From positions 62,001-126,000 of the forward strand of contig NIVC01002012.1 in assembly GCA_002269645.1 (NCBI GenBank): a DNA stretch of 64,000 nucleotides. Direction: 5' to 3'. The notes under the pieces were generated by a model, which saw only the letters and a list, made by a program, of their open reading frames with translations, made no database searches and was not told the DNA's origin. Shown one piece after another: positions 1 to 11,716 of this stretch; within the stretch, counting starts at the first letter, position 1, and each line of letters starts with the position of its first letter. Origin of the DNA: Macrostomum lignano (Eukaryota). Made by a program: the position numbers and the translations under genes.

Positions 1-598
1 AAATTGTCGCTGGCAAACCTAAGCGGCCATTCTTCATCTATTTGAATTTAGCAACAGAAAAATCCTCAATTTAAAGCATTATCTGCAAAGTAAATTAAAA
101 ATCGTCAGAGAGCTCTGCTTGGCTTCCAAGCCTCAGCCCTGCCCTCCCTCCCCTCTCCATCTCTCCCCTCGTGTCTCAGCTGCCGCCCCTTCACCCCTGC
201 CCACTGACAATGCACTTGCTATGCCGAGCACGCAGCCACAGTCAGCTCTCATTGTTTAACTCAGCAGAGCTCGCAGCATCTCACTGCTCCTGCATCTCTC
301 ACCCCGCTGAGCAGAGCAGCTGCCGGACCCCCTGGCACCCAATCAGGCCTCAAACACAGCCGCTGGGTCAGAGAAGAGAATCGGCCTCAGTCCATTTAAA
401 CAAATTTCTCTGCACAGAGAGAGCTCAGAGATTTCAGTCCGTGACAGCGGGACTTTTGCTGCTGCTGCTGAGCTGGCAGGCAAATTCGCTTGAAGAAGAG
501 CAAAGCACTCAGTTTGAAGCCGTGTGGAACAGCTGCGGCAGACAGCAGATCGGCAGAGAAGCGCTGCTAGGAGAAACAGTGTAGCCAGGGCAACAGAG

Positions 599-3500
599 AT
601 GGAGCGGAAGCTGAGAGCGGCGCTGGAGGCTGGAGACAGCGAGGAGCTGCAGCGACTGTGCGGTGAGATCGACAGCAACATCGAGCTGGAGGTGGGCGGG
701 TTCGACACGCAAGACTTTCCCTTTGAAGAACTTCGCAAAATGCCGCTGGTCCATCACGTGGCCTGCAAGCCGGTGAGATTGTCGTGCCTGAAGCTGCTGA
801 TTGACAGATTCGGAACCGGCTGTCTGACACATAGAAATGAAAGTGATGAGACTCCAGTGCACTTGGCAGCCCAGCATCAGGACGAATCTTGGATGAAGCT
901 CGTTAAAGAGAAGGGAGCCAGAGACTGCTTGAGAATTGTCGATATAAAGAGATACACAGTCGCTCACTTTGCCGCTATGAACAGAAAAAGCAATTCTTGT
1001 CTTAAGTGGCTGGTGAAGGTGCTCGGTAGCGACTGTCTTACAGCTCCTGACAGATCAAGTGACATGGCCATCCATTTTGCCGCTCAGCATCAGGGCATCG
1101 AGTCGCTGGAGTGGATCAAGAGACAGATCGGAACTGACTGCTTTCGGCTGAAGGGACGGTGGAATAGAACAGCATTTCATATTGCTGCTGAGAAGTCTGA
1201 CAATTCAAATCTGAAGTGGCTGGTGAAGGAGCTCGGCAGCGACTGTCTCACAGTTCCTGACGAAAACGGTTACACGGCTGTCCATTTGACCGCTAAGCAT
1301 CAGGGTATCGAGTCGCTGGAGTGGATCAAGAGACAGATCGGAACTGACGGCTTTCGGCTGAAGACAAAGAGTGATAAAACAGCATTTCACTTTGCTGCTG
1401 TGAATTTTGACAATTCAAATCTGAAGTGGCTGGTGAATGAGGCCGGCAGCGACTGTCTCACAGTTCCTGACAAATACGGTCACACGGCCGTCCATTTGGC
1501 CGCTGCATCTCAGCCAGTCGACTCTCTTCAGTTCATTTTTGACCAAATCGGAGCCGAAATGTTCAGTTTGAAGAACAAAGAGGGCGAAACACCGGCTGAT
1601 GCTGTTGAGAGGTCCTACAAAGACCAGTCAGCAAAGCAGGCCTGGATTTCCTCCACTCAGCGGCGGCTCGAAGCCTCTCGGCCTCCCGCTGGCAGCTCAG
1701 CGCCGACTGCCGCCTCAGCTGAGTGGGTCATGGATGAGAACTGCTGCCTGACACTAAAAATACGGATATATGTTTGGCGAAAATTCATTGCGCTTTCCTG
1801 ATCGGCACTTTCCTGAAATTCTTAGCAGCGCCGCCGTCAAGCGAGGGGCATCATGAATTTGTCAGGGTAGCTCCCTATGGCGCTCCCAATCTTAATGTGT
1901 ATTTTGGGGTCAGAGCTGCAGGTGTTGATTTGGGAAGACAGGTTTCGTATTGGAAATAGCTTTTCCATCGGGGCTTTTGTGCATGTACATGTATTTTGGG
2001 ACAGTCAGCTCAGCTGCTCTCTTAGGCAGGCAGACGCAGAAGTGCAGTGACGCAGAAGTGCGGTGACGCAGAAGTGCGGTGACGCAGAAGGGTGGTGACG
2101 CAGAAGGGTGGTGACGCAGAAGTGCAATGACGCAGAAGTGCGGTGACGCAGAAGGGTGGTGACGCAGAAGTGCGGTGACGCAGAAGTGCGGTGACGCAGA
2201 AGGGTGGTGACGCAGAAGTGCGGTGACGCAGAAGTGCGGTGACGCAGAAGTGCGGTGACGCAGAAGGGTGGTGACGCAGAAGTGCGGTGACGCAGAAGTG
2301 CGGTGACGCAGAAGGGTGGTGACGCAGAAGGGTGGTGACGCAGAAGTGCGGTGACGCAGAAGTGCGGTGACGCAGAAGGGTGGTGACGCAGAGGGGTGTG
2401 ACGCAGAAGGGTGGTGACGCAGAAGGGTGGTGACGCAGAGGGGTGGTGACACAGAGGGGTGGTGACGCAGAAGGGTGGTGACACAGAGGGGTGGTGACTC
2501 AGAGGGGTGGTGACGCAGAAGGGTGGTGACGCAGAGGGGTGATGCAGAAGGCTGAGTGACTCCAAAGTATTTAGGAAGCCCAAATCAGCTCAAAATTTAT
2601 CAAATTCCTTCACCTCATGTTTCAGCCCCAAGAAGCAGCTGGACCCCAGCTTCACCGACTGGGATTTCATCCTGCAGGGCAACAAGAAGCAGCTCATCGG
2701 CCGTGGCGGATTCGGTGAGGTGTACAAGGCCCTCACAGACCGCAACCAGACGGTGGCTATCAAGGTGCTGCCCCTGAGCCAAGCTGAACAAGACGCAGAG
2801 GAACTGAAGAAAAAACTTCAGATGGAGAATCGTGGAGTTGAGATCCTCAAGCGACTCTCGCATCCCAACATTGTGCAGTTCCTCAAGTGCGAGCAGAGTT
2901 CGGATGGACTGTACATCTTCACCGAACTGGTCTCGGGTCACAGCCTCTTTGAGCTGATGCAGCGTCAGAACAAGCCGTTCAAGGAGTCCGGGGTCAGGGA
3001 CTTCTCCAGACAGGTGCGTCTCTTGATTCTCTGGGTTTGCCTGGCATGGGTGGGATCAGTGTCGGATCAGTAGCTCGTATGAGATCAGGTCAGTGTGGGT
3101 GGGATAAAAATTGGAAAGATCCAATTTTATGACTGCTCAAAACTGCTCCACCTGCAGATCTGCTCAGGTCTGAACTTCCTGCACTGCCAGCCGGAGGGCG
3201 CCATCTTGCACCGTGACATCAAGAGCTCAAACGTGATGCTCACCAACGAGGGCGTCATCAAGCTGATCGACTTCGGTCTGGCCAGGGAGATCTTCAACAC
3301 CTGCAGCCTGAGCGCAGGCAACCAGCCAAAAGGCACCTGGCACTTCATGGCGCCCGAGCTGTTCATGGGCGAGGGCGACTCGATTCCGTACTCAGCCAAG
3401 ACCGACGTGTGGGCCTTCGGCTGCACCGTGTATGAGCTGACGACCATGCAGCCTCCTGATGGCAAAGAGCCGCAGCACCGCATCATTATCCTGAGGTACG

Positions 3501-3643
3501 AAGGGCGGGCGATGCCTCGGATTGCGGACGGGTTCTCAGCCGACCTGAAGGACTTCTACCTCAGGTGCGTAGACTATGACCCGATGAAGCGATCGGACAC
3601 CGCGGAGCTGCTGCGGCACAGCTTCCTGAGTGCCTCATCGTGA
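599..3643 (+). CDS. Ankyrin-repeat + C-terminal Ser/Thr protein kinase (STE/MAP3K-like), 3 exons, ~665 aa
   Basis: join(599..1722,2626..3013,3158..3643) = 1998 nt with GT-AG introns in matching phases (2, 0). The N-terminal half has ankyrin motifs (TPVHLAA, TAFHIAA, TAVHLAA). The kinase half has [33 protein letters not shown] and DVWAFG. Confidence 0.88.
2030..2545. repeat. 16-bp minisatellite in intron 1 of the ankyrin-kinase gene
   Basis: Interleaved variants GACGCAGAAGTGCGGT / GACGCAGAAGGGTGGT, about 32 units. Confidence 0.95.
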
Positions 3644-4134
3644 CTGCGAGAGCGATGCGCTGTGAGGGAGCGGAGCGACTCTTGGTGCAACATAATGCTG
3701 TCTGTATAATTATTGAGTTTTGTGCCTTGCTGACACATAATACTGTTTTGATACAGAATAAGCTAAATTTAGCAACATGCGGACAGAGCGATGTTTGCGC
3801 TAGTAAAAAGTCGGAGATTATTATAAACTGAGGCAATTCAGACAGACTAAAAGTACTAGAAGTAATAAAACTGGATCTCTTCGTGCGCCACGCCTGCTAC
3901 GACACAAAAATAGCTATATACTCGTACAGTGGTCCTTGTCAAAAGTACATGAAAGAAGTAGTAAATTATACGACTATTGTCAGTTTGTATGGTTAAATTT
4001 AACAATTTTGATGCCTTTGCTTACGGAACCCTTTTGTTGATCCGAATTCTCTTTGTGATTATCTAATTATGAATCATTTCTCTAATCAACTGTCATTTTT
4101 CGTTTTATTTGATTGATTAATTGTTTCTTCAAAC

Positions 4135-4368
4135 TGGTGACGTGGTGCTGCCCCGCCAAGCTGCTGCCGCGCTGGCCCATACGCAGATCTTCTGGGTGGC
4201 GCCAGGGACCGAGGGGCTCATCTACACCGAGCCCCAGCCTTACCACAGGGCCGTACCACGCTTCGGGTCGAGACGCTGAACTGCCGCACGCTCAAGGCCG
4301 CCTGGCGGTGAGGGGCTCTGGCAAAGCTAGCGCTCGACCTGAGCTGTAATGTCATCGCACTCCATTGC
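4135..4368 (+). mobile_element. Short 5' fragment of a non-LTR retrotransposon (start of APE endonuclease), degenerate
   Basis: 4261 onward translates LRVETLNCRTLKAAWR*GALAKLALDLSCNVIAL, matching the APE N-terminal pattern (xTxNxRxL ... DxIALQE). It has an in-frame stop and then reverts to AT-rich DNA. Confidence 0.65.
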
Positions 4369-5955
4369 TGGCAATGGGGTGGAGCGTGAGCTAAGAGTAC
4401 TGTGAGCAGAGCTCTCCCTTTGTTATGTACTTGGCACTTTTGAAATTCTACCGGACTGTTTTGACCCGCCTTTTGACTGTACAGTTTGTTTTGCTTAAAT
4501 ATATTGGTGTTGTGAATTAAGGTTAATTGAATTTGCCCTGACGACGTCTTGTGTTTGACGAAACGCATTGGCTAGAAAGAAAATTTTATTTTATGTTTTT
4601 GTTGACTTTTCTTTTCCTACTATTTGTTAGACGAGCTACACTTCAACAAAGCGCTAGCGTTGGCATGTCCCCATATGGCTTCTACTGGGGGGGGGGGCAT
4701 CACATGCCCCAACTGTCCTCCCCGATGGCGATGCCCCTGGCGCCCTTTGACGCTGAAGGCGACGTACATTCTGTTGTTAGTTGTTGTTTTGAAATATTGC
4801 GATTAACAAAATTACGCATACAAAAATGATATCTCATGATAAAAAATGACTCTTTGCATGACTCGCAATATCTCATTATGAAAAGTACCAACAAGTTATG
4901 TAGCTATATTGTTACTTATTTAAAAAAAAGTCGTTTCGTCTGCCCGAATACGAATGACCGCGTGCACTAAATATTAGCTTTAGTATTAAAATTGTGAAAT
5001 TTGAACTAGCTAGTAGAGCCTAAGCCTGTGCTAAAATCTTTGACATTTTCTAAAAATCATAAGATTATAGAATTCCAGGTTTTAAGATTCGGATTAGGCT
5101 AGCTTAGACTTTAGTCCGAAACCTAGGATATTATCAAATTATTTAATGGATACTGCAATTCCTAAATGGCAGGTCTGTGGCACAGCCAGAAATTTATTTT
5201 GGGGGGGGGGGCTGTTCACCCAAAGATACTAGAATAACTATAGAATACTAGTTATTCTCAGTATCTGTATTTCACCCTGGCTGCACTGATCTGAACTGAT
5301 TTATTTGCAGTGAAATCGGCTTATATATAGATAGTAGGGTTCTGGGGAGGTGCGTTTATAACTAAAAAATAATTATCGCAACATTTTGCTTAGTAAAACA
5401 AACTTAAAATTGTTTCTAATGTGGCAGGTGGCTGCCCCTTATTAATTTGGTCTATTAAATTTTACATTAATCATTATTTTAATAAAACTTTAAATCGGTT
5501 TACCTTTACGTGATCGTGTTGTCCCAACCCGGAATTGTTCTCCCACGCCGGGACGTTTTCCGTCACGCTCCCCGTCCCGTAATGGGACTGCTAATCTCCC
5601 TTTTGCGTATAATTGTTTCCAGCAGTTGCTTATTATACTTCGTAACCCACTTAATTCAATACTTTTGCTTTTCCTACCGCGGCTGGTCCCTGTGCATGTT
5701 TAATTTTTCCTTTTTGTGGTCCAGCCGAGGTAGAGTTTGAGGCAATTATATATTGATGTTCGTTTCGGTGTAAACTAGCATCCTTCTCCGCCTCCTCGTC
5801 CTTTTCTTAGTTTTCTGTTTCTAGTTTTGTCATCCGATTTACTTGTGCGCCTATCCAGTTTATTTATTCAATTAGCCGTTAGCACCGCGGCCCGCAGAAA
5901 TAACTCGACGTAACCGAATAATAACATCAATTTAACCTGCTCTCCGTTATATTAA

Positions 5956-8497
5956 CCCTCGAACGTTGGGGAAAACAATTGTCGGTTTATTATATTTGGG
6001 GTCCAATGGACCCCTCTGAGTTGATGCATGTTAACAATGCTTTATTGATTATTTATTGTTCAAAGCAAAAAACTACCAATACAATGGCGAACGTAATACA
6101 TTAGTCGCATATTATCTCAAGAACATAGCAACTGATTCAGGTACTTTCTAAATGAAATTAGGCAATGAAGCTGAGAGTACTGATTAGTATTTGCTAATTA
6201 CTAATTATTGTAACTGCAGTGTAACTACATGTATAATGAATAATGTCTTGCAATTCTACGAATATATTGGAACACGAAGGATAAAGCAGAATTTGTCAGT
6301 AAATAGCACACGAAAAGAAATCTCACTCTGCAGGCTCCCCCATGCATTCGAGGCAGACTGACTGCAGGTGCCCCGAGCAACAGTACCGTTGGCAGGTAGT
6401 GCAGCGTGTGCGAGTTTTGCGATCAGCAGAGCGGCTACACATGTGGCATCTTCCCTTTGGCACTGATGCAACTGGGCGCTGAGGATGATTCTGACGTGCT
6501 CCTCTCTGGCCAGGCTGTTGCTTCAGCAGTGCCATTCCAAGTGCTCTCAGAAACAGCCTTCTTCGATGGGGCACTGCACCGTAGCTGTCTGGGAAGACAG
6601 CCTGGTGGAGGTAATAGGCGTTAAGGCATGCAATGTTTAGCACATTGCAAAACACGGCTACATGCCATCGTCGTGACTTGTACTTCACTGAGTAGCACAT
6701 CGTCATCTGGTCCATCAAGTCCGTGCCTCCTTTAGTCTTATTGTAGTCCAGAATTGCTTGCGGCTTTCTTGTTGCGTTGTTAGACACCGCGGGACTTCTG
6801 TGCTGGCTAGAGAGTAGTAGTACAAGCTTGTTGGGTTTCGCCTTGTAAGCAAGCAGTTGGATCTGATCTTCAGTTGTGTAAACAAACTCAGTTGAGTACA
6901 GCTCACGTCCTTGATAGTTTCGCATCTCCAGCGGCACTTCCCGTCTGTGCAGCCGTATTGAACCTAGCAGCGACATATTCCTTTGCAGTAAATATCTTGC
7001 TAGTGCTAGAGAGCAGAAGAAATTGTCGACGGTCACTCCAATTCCTGATCCTTGTAACCCTTCCGTCAACTTCAAAACGACGTGCTCACCAAGGCTTGCC
7101 TCACGCTCTTCCTCGCGGCCAACATACATATTGATATTCCAGCAGTACCCAGTAGCCGCATCGTTTAGGCACCAGAACTTCAGCCCATACTTGGCAGGCT
7201 TCTTTGGCATGTACTGTATGTAGCTGCATCTTCCTCTATAGGGAAACAGCTGTTCGTCTACAGTAACAGCTTCATTAGGAAAGTAACTCTTCTGTGAGTT
7301 CTGGACAAGTCCGTCAAGCAGCAACCTCACAGCGGCAAGCTTATCTCTTTGCAGTCGCGCATTTCGAGTTTCGCGGTTGTCAAATCGCAGAAATCGGCGA
7401 ATAGTCTTGAAGCGCGTCAAAGACATGGAGTTCTTGAAAACCTTTCTTCCGAATTCCTCACTCCAGAGCTCATCGATGCTCTCCATGCTTCCTTTGAATA
7501 CTCCGCGAAGAATGTTTAGGCCAATGAAGGCATTGATTTCCTCTCTGGTAGTTGGATTCCAAGCATTTCCAAGAACTCTCCTAGCTTCGCGGTTGGTCTC
7601 TATCACAATTGTGTCAACCATGTCATTGTCAAAGATGACGTGGAAAGCCGACTCTTCATCATGAATGCGTGCTGCAGCGTAAGCTGTGATTCCTGGTCTA
7701 TTGCGCAAGATGTTACAGGCTGGCCTCTGTCCAGGACGTGAAGTTTCATGGTGCCATACTTGACCACTAGGACTGCGATAACTTCTTTCAACATCACCAG
7801 CAGCAGCTGCGGCAGCAACAGGTGATGCTGGCCTTGATGAATCACTAGATGCGTCTTCAACATCGGGCAAACAATATCTTGTTCGGCTTCAGCAATATCC
7901 GAAAGAGCCTCGTCTTCGTCCGATACTTCAGCGTCAATATGGGCTTCTGGGTGAGCAACTGGTTGGTTCATAATCACTTCAAGAGCTCTAGACTTAGCAG
8001 CTCTTACGACCATCGGTCTAGAAGAAGCCGTTTTGCAAATTTTCGCAAATACTTGCTGAGTAAATGCTTGGTATAGTAGTTTTCTCTATGAATCAGCTGG
8101 AAAATCTTTTGTTATAGAATAGCTATTTTCACAACATTAGGGCAAGAGGGTGCTCCTTTTATACCCATCAGCTATATATAGAATATTCTAGAAATAGAAA
8201 ATATTAGAAAGTTTAGAAAATATTGAACCGCCCCAACCGACTTTATGTGTTTCAACTATATAGCTAAATATAGAAAATTAGTTACGGGGTCCACTGGACC
8301 CCAAGAACCCCCAATATAATAAGTTCACTTGGTGAACTGGGCTTATATAAAATAAGAACAACGATGCTTATACAGTTGAATACCTTCAAAAATAATAATT
8401 CTCCTAGCATCTGGTTGTTTTAACATAATATTTAGTATGATTTAATTCTAACTAAAGATACCGTTGGGGTCCAATGGACCCCAAAATCTTTCGAGGG
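5956..8497 (-). mobile_element. piggyBac-family DNA transposon, full length (2542 bp)
   Basis: TTAA TSD (5952..5955, 8498..8501) and CCCTCGAA...TTCGAGGG termini. The subterminal palindrome GGGGTCCA[A/C]TGGACCCC occurs at 5998, 8286 and 8466. It encodes a transposase. Confidence 0.96.
6323..8013 (-). CDS. piggyBac transposase (DDD catalytic core + C-terminal Cys-rich domain); one -1 frameshift near 7870 separates the acidic N-terminus from the main ORF
   Basis: Motifs VTVDEQLF, TVDNFF and KGGTDLMDQ, plus KPAKYGLKFW and a C-terminal CHMC...CTTC...CSGH...CLEC. The upstream frame from the ATG at 8013 joins the main ORF if GTTTG is read as GTTTTG. Confidence 0.9.
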
Positions 8498-9932
8498 TTA
8501 ATAAAGATATAATAAATAATTTATCCGTTGAATTTAAGCAATAGCCTATCTTGAGTTATTTGCCCGTGGGGCGTAAAACAACCAATTAAAGTTCTCAGCT
8601 CAAAGAAAGCTCAGAGACTTATCCTCGTTCCGTAATACCTAAATTACGGTGGTGGCAGCTCTACCCTACTGGAAGTAACAAGCTCAGCAAAATCGACACG
8701 CTCAATTTCGGTGTCTGAATCTACGGTGTCTTATCATTTGAACGACCGCGCCGCTACACAACCGAGCTCCGCTACGATTACGACTAACCTCCCCCGGACT
8801 AGAGGACCCCGGCAGTCGGAGTAAAACAGGAGAAAAAATTCCGTTGTAATTCGTCTGCGCTTTATTCGTGCGAACGCAACGTCGACCGGATTCGAAGAAA
8901 CCCCAATCGAAAACCTCAAGTTTAACCAGTTTCCAATTTTATTTTTTCTTTCTCTGCCCCACCTCACTAATTTTTCGGGCAAATTCAACGCGGCTACTAG
9001 TTTACTAATTTGATAGCGCGTGTAAAACATAATTTAGAAATAAATTCTAAATTAAAATTTAGGAAATTAAATTAAATTAAATTTATTAAATTTATTTATA
9101 AATTAAAATTAATTAAATTCATTTTAAAAATTAAATTAAAATTAAATTAAAGAAATAGAAATATTTAGGATACAAAACTATTACGAGCTCGTATACTATT
9201 ATAAAAACAGGCACATAAGAATAGAACATTACATAAGACTATGTTAAAATCATATTTTAATGTGTATCTCTATAGTATGTTATATTTAGAAATTAGAATA
9301 TGCCTTTATTGAAGTTTTGTTGTAGGCCTAATTCATCATGATCTCTTATATTTGTAAAGTGTCTCTAGAGTTAACTCTAAGACAAGGTTAATTACTATAA
9401 AACCTACCTAAATCTAATGTCAATGATAAACTAGGCTTTAGGCCTATTTTAATTAGGCTGGGGCTAGGCCTATTTTTTAAACTCTTTGGATGTCTTTAGA
9501 AATAATGAATAAATTTATTAAATTATATTAACATCTACAATATTTAAGGTTAAGATATTTTCCATTCTTTTATAGGGATTAGGGGCCTACTAAACCTTAC
9601 TAGTTGAGTATTGGTCTAAGCCTAGACTAGACTAAGGTTAAGATAGGCCTATGTTTTAAAACTATAGGCACTAGGCCTAACAAGTAGAAGGCATTAAGTG
9701 GTTCCAGGTCATTTTGTCAAATACCATTTTGTCAAAAGTTTTTTTGTCAAACAGTAAATTTGTCATTTCGTCAAACGGTAGATAAAACAAAGCCCACTGT
9801 AATTAATTTTTAAATAATTTAATTAGTTTTTTAAATAAATAATTTAATGTCAAGATAAATCAATATCAAAAGGACTTCACTACCTTTTGTTTAAGCGAAG
9901 GGTTTTTAAGAATGAAACATGAAAAAGGATAA

Positions 9933-10815
9933 TGAGGTGGGGGTGGAGAAGAAAATAAAATTTTTGAAATTGTAAAAAAACTTAGGGTTTGTCGTCGGCA
10001 CGTAAAGCCGGAAAATCGCACAAAATTGCTGCGCTGATTCTTCTCCTAGGTTACTCCGTCTGCCGGGTCCTCAATTCCGGGGGGAGGGTAGTTGTAATCG
10101 CAGTCGAGCAGTCTAGTAGCAGCCCGAGTCGTTTAGAATGGGTCCTCAGACACCGTAAACTCGTAATTTGTCGAGATTGCTAGTTGTGTTACTCTCAGTA
10201 GTAAAGTAGCGCTGCCACCACTGTAAATGTTGTTTTACGGAACATAGAGGGTCTCAGAGCTTTCTTCGAGATGAGACTGATTGGTTATTTTATGCCCTGC
10301 AGGCAAATGACTCAATAGAAACTAAAGGCTTCGATTCTGAACAACTGAATAAATATTAAATGTTGGTTGCGAACTTATTATTCTTTTGTTATTATTATTG
10401 TGGTTAGTTATTATAGCTACGTGAGATGAGCGAGACAGGAGCAGAACGAAAAGGAGGAGAAGGGAGCAGGAGGAGAAGGAAAGGAATAAAAAATGACTCC
10501 AAAGTTAACACAAATATAACAAATTGGCGTGGAGGATCCTAGGGGTGGGACAGATGATGGGACAAGGGAAGGGACAACGATGGGAAACGAGGAAACCCGG
10601 CCGCTGGAAACATTAAAACAACAGGGGCCAAGGGAGGGAACAGAAAAGGGAACAGACGAGGGAGCAAAGGCGGGAACAACCAGGGGAACAAACCAGGGAA
10701 CAAAATTAAAACATGACGTCAATTCGTCATCCTACGGAATTGGGTGGTACGTCCCGCCATTGTCTGCGCTAGAGGCCTGCCATTGTTCACCCCAGTGGTA
10801 GACCGGCCTACCACA
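9933..10815 (-). repeat. 3' LTR of the Gypsy element
   Basis: Direct repeat of 21697..22580; by manual alignment, 19 substitutions and 1 indel. Confidence 0.96.
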
Positions 10816-11610
10816 GGCGCGGGGGCGCCGGGGCGAACGGCAGCAGACAGACGAACTCCCGGACGTCGGGCGGCGGTCCTGCTTCGCTGGCCGGCCTCGG
10901 CAAGCAGGGGCATTCGGATCGGATGGCGGCGAGCTCGCGACGCGTGCCTGATGGCTCAGCTGGAGCAGCGCGGTGGTCAGGCCTTGCCCCAGGGTGGCCG
11001 CGTGGTCAACATGTAGGCCAACCAATGCGCAGAAGGCGCCGTACGGCAGGCCGCCTGGTGCTTGCTGGTGTTGCTCGCAGAGCACTGCGGCCGCTAAGCT
11101 GATGGCATGGGCGACTGTCAGTTGGCCGAACGTGTTGGCGTAGCCGTGCCAGTGTCGACAGTCACTCATATGGCGGGCGGTTTGATCGCCTTCTAACTCG
11201 TGGAGCAATAGAGCGGCCAGGTGCTGCACCTGGTCGGGCCTTGGTCCTGGCGTGGCTGCTCCCACCGGCGACGGCTGGCTGGAGCCACTGGTCCAGTTTG
11301 AAGGCAGGAGAGGCGGAGTCACCTGCCGGTCTGGCTCCAGTGTGCAGACAGGTTCCAGCTCCGGCGCAAGCTGTTGCACGCCCACAAGGTTCATGAGTCC
11401 GTCCACCCATACATCAGGGCTGTTGGTGGGCATGGCAAGCTCGGGGAGCTCGAAGGTCTCCAAAGCTGCCTGATCAATTTGTGCAGCCCTGCCGTGGGTC
11501 GGTACTTGGCTGTGCTTGTCCAGCTGCTCGAAGGCCAGGCGGATTTCGCGGCTGATCGGCGATTCGACCTCCGGGGAACCGTTGGAGTAATTTGACCAAT
11601 GACTTGCCAT
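10732..11610 (-). CDS. Extra ORF (ORF3, ~292 aa) at the env position of the Gypsy element, unknown function
   Basis: Stop-free GC-rich frame from the ATG at 11610 running into the 3' LTR. A TTTCAG acceptor-like site lies ~30 nt upstream. No recognisable domain. Confidence 0.5.
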   Translation of the reverse strand: MASHWSNYSNGSPEVESPISREIRLAFEQLDKHSQVPTHGRAAQIDQAALETFELPELAMPTNSPDVWVDGLMNLVGVQQLAPELEPVCTLEPDRQVTPPLLPSNWTSGSSQPSPVGAATPGPRPDQVQHLAALLLHELEGDQTARHMSDCRHWHGYANTFGQLTVAHAISLAAAVLCEQHQQAPGGLPYGAFCALVGLHVDHAATLGQGLTTALLQLSHQARVASSPPSDPNAPACRGRPAKQDRRPTSGSSSVCCRSPRRPRACGRPVYHWGEQWQASSADNGGTYHPIP

Positions 11611-11716
11611 AGTCGAAGTGACAGAGCGCAATGTGATAGTCTGAAATTTTCCAGTTGGCAGGTCAGATCAACAGAATTGGAGAAAATAAAAAAAATTGAA
11701 GATGGCTCCTTAAATA

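Larger units (their letters stand above)
5420..8966 (+). mobile_element. Solo LTR (~1.0 kb once the piggyBac is removed), related to the LTRs of the Gypsy at 9933..22580
   Basis: Termini TGTGG...CCCCACCTCA with 4-bp TSD CTAA (5416..5419, 8967..8970). Segment 8640..8966 is visibly homologous to the reverse complement of 9933..10230. Confidence 0.8.

Noticed and set aside
1910-2583. His/Pro/Cys-rich ORFs
   Set aside because: They are translations of the 16-bp intronic minisatellite.
5175-5292. Possible tiny MITE around a poly-G tract
   Set aside because: The inverted ends are short and imperfect and no TSD was found.
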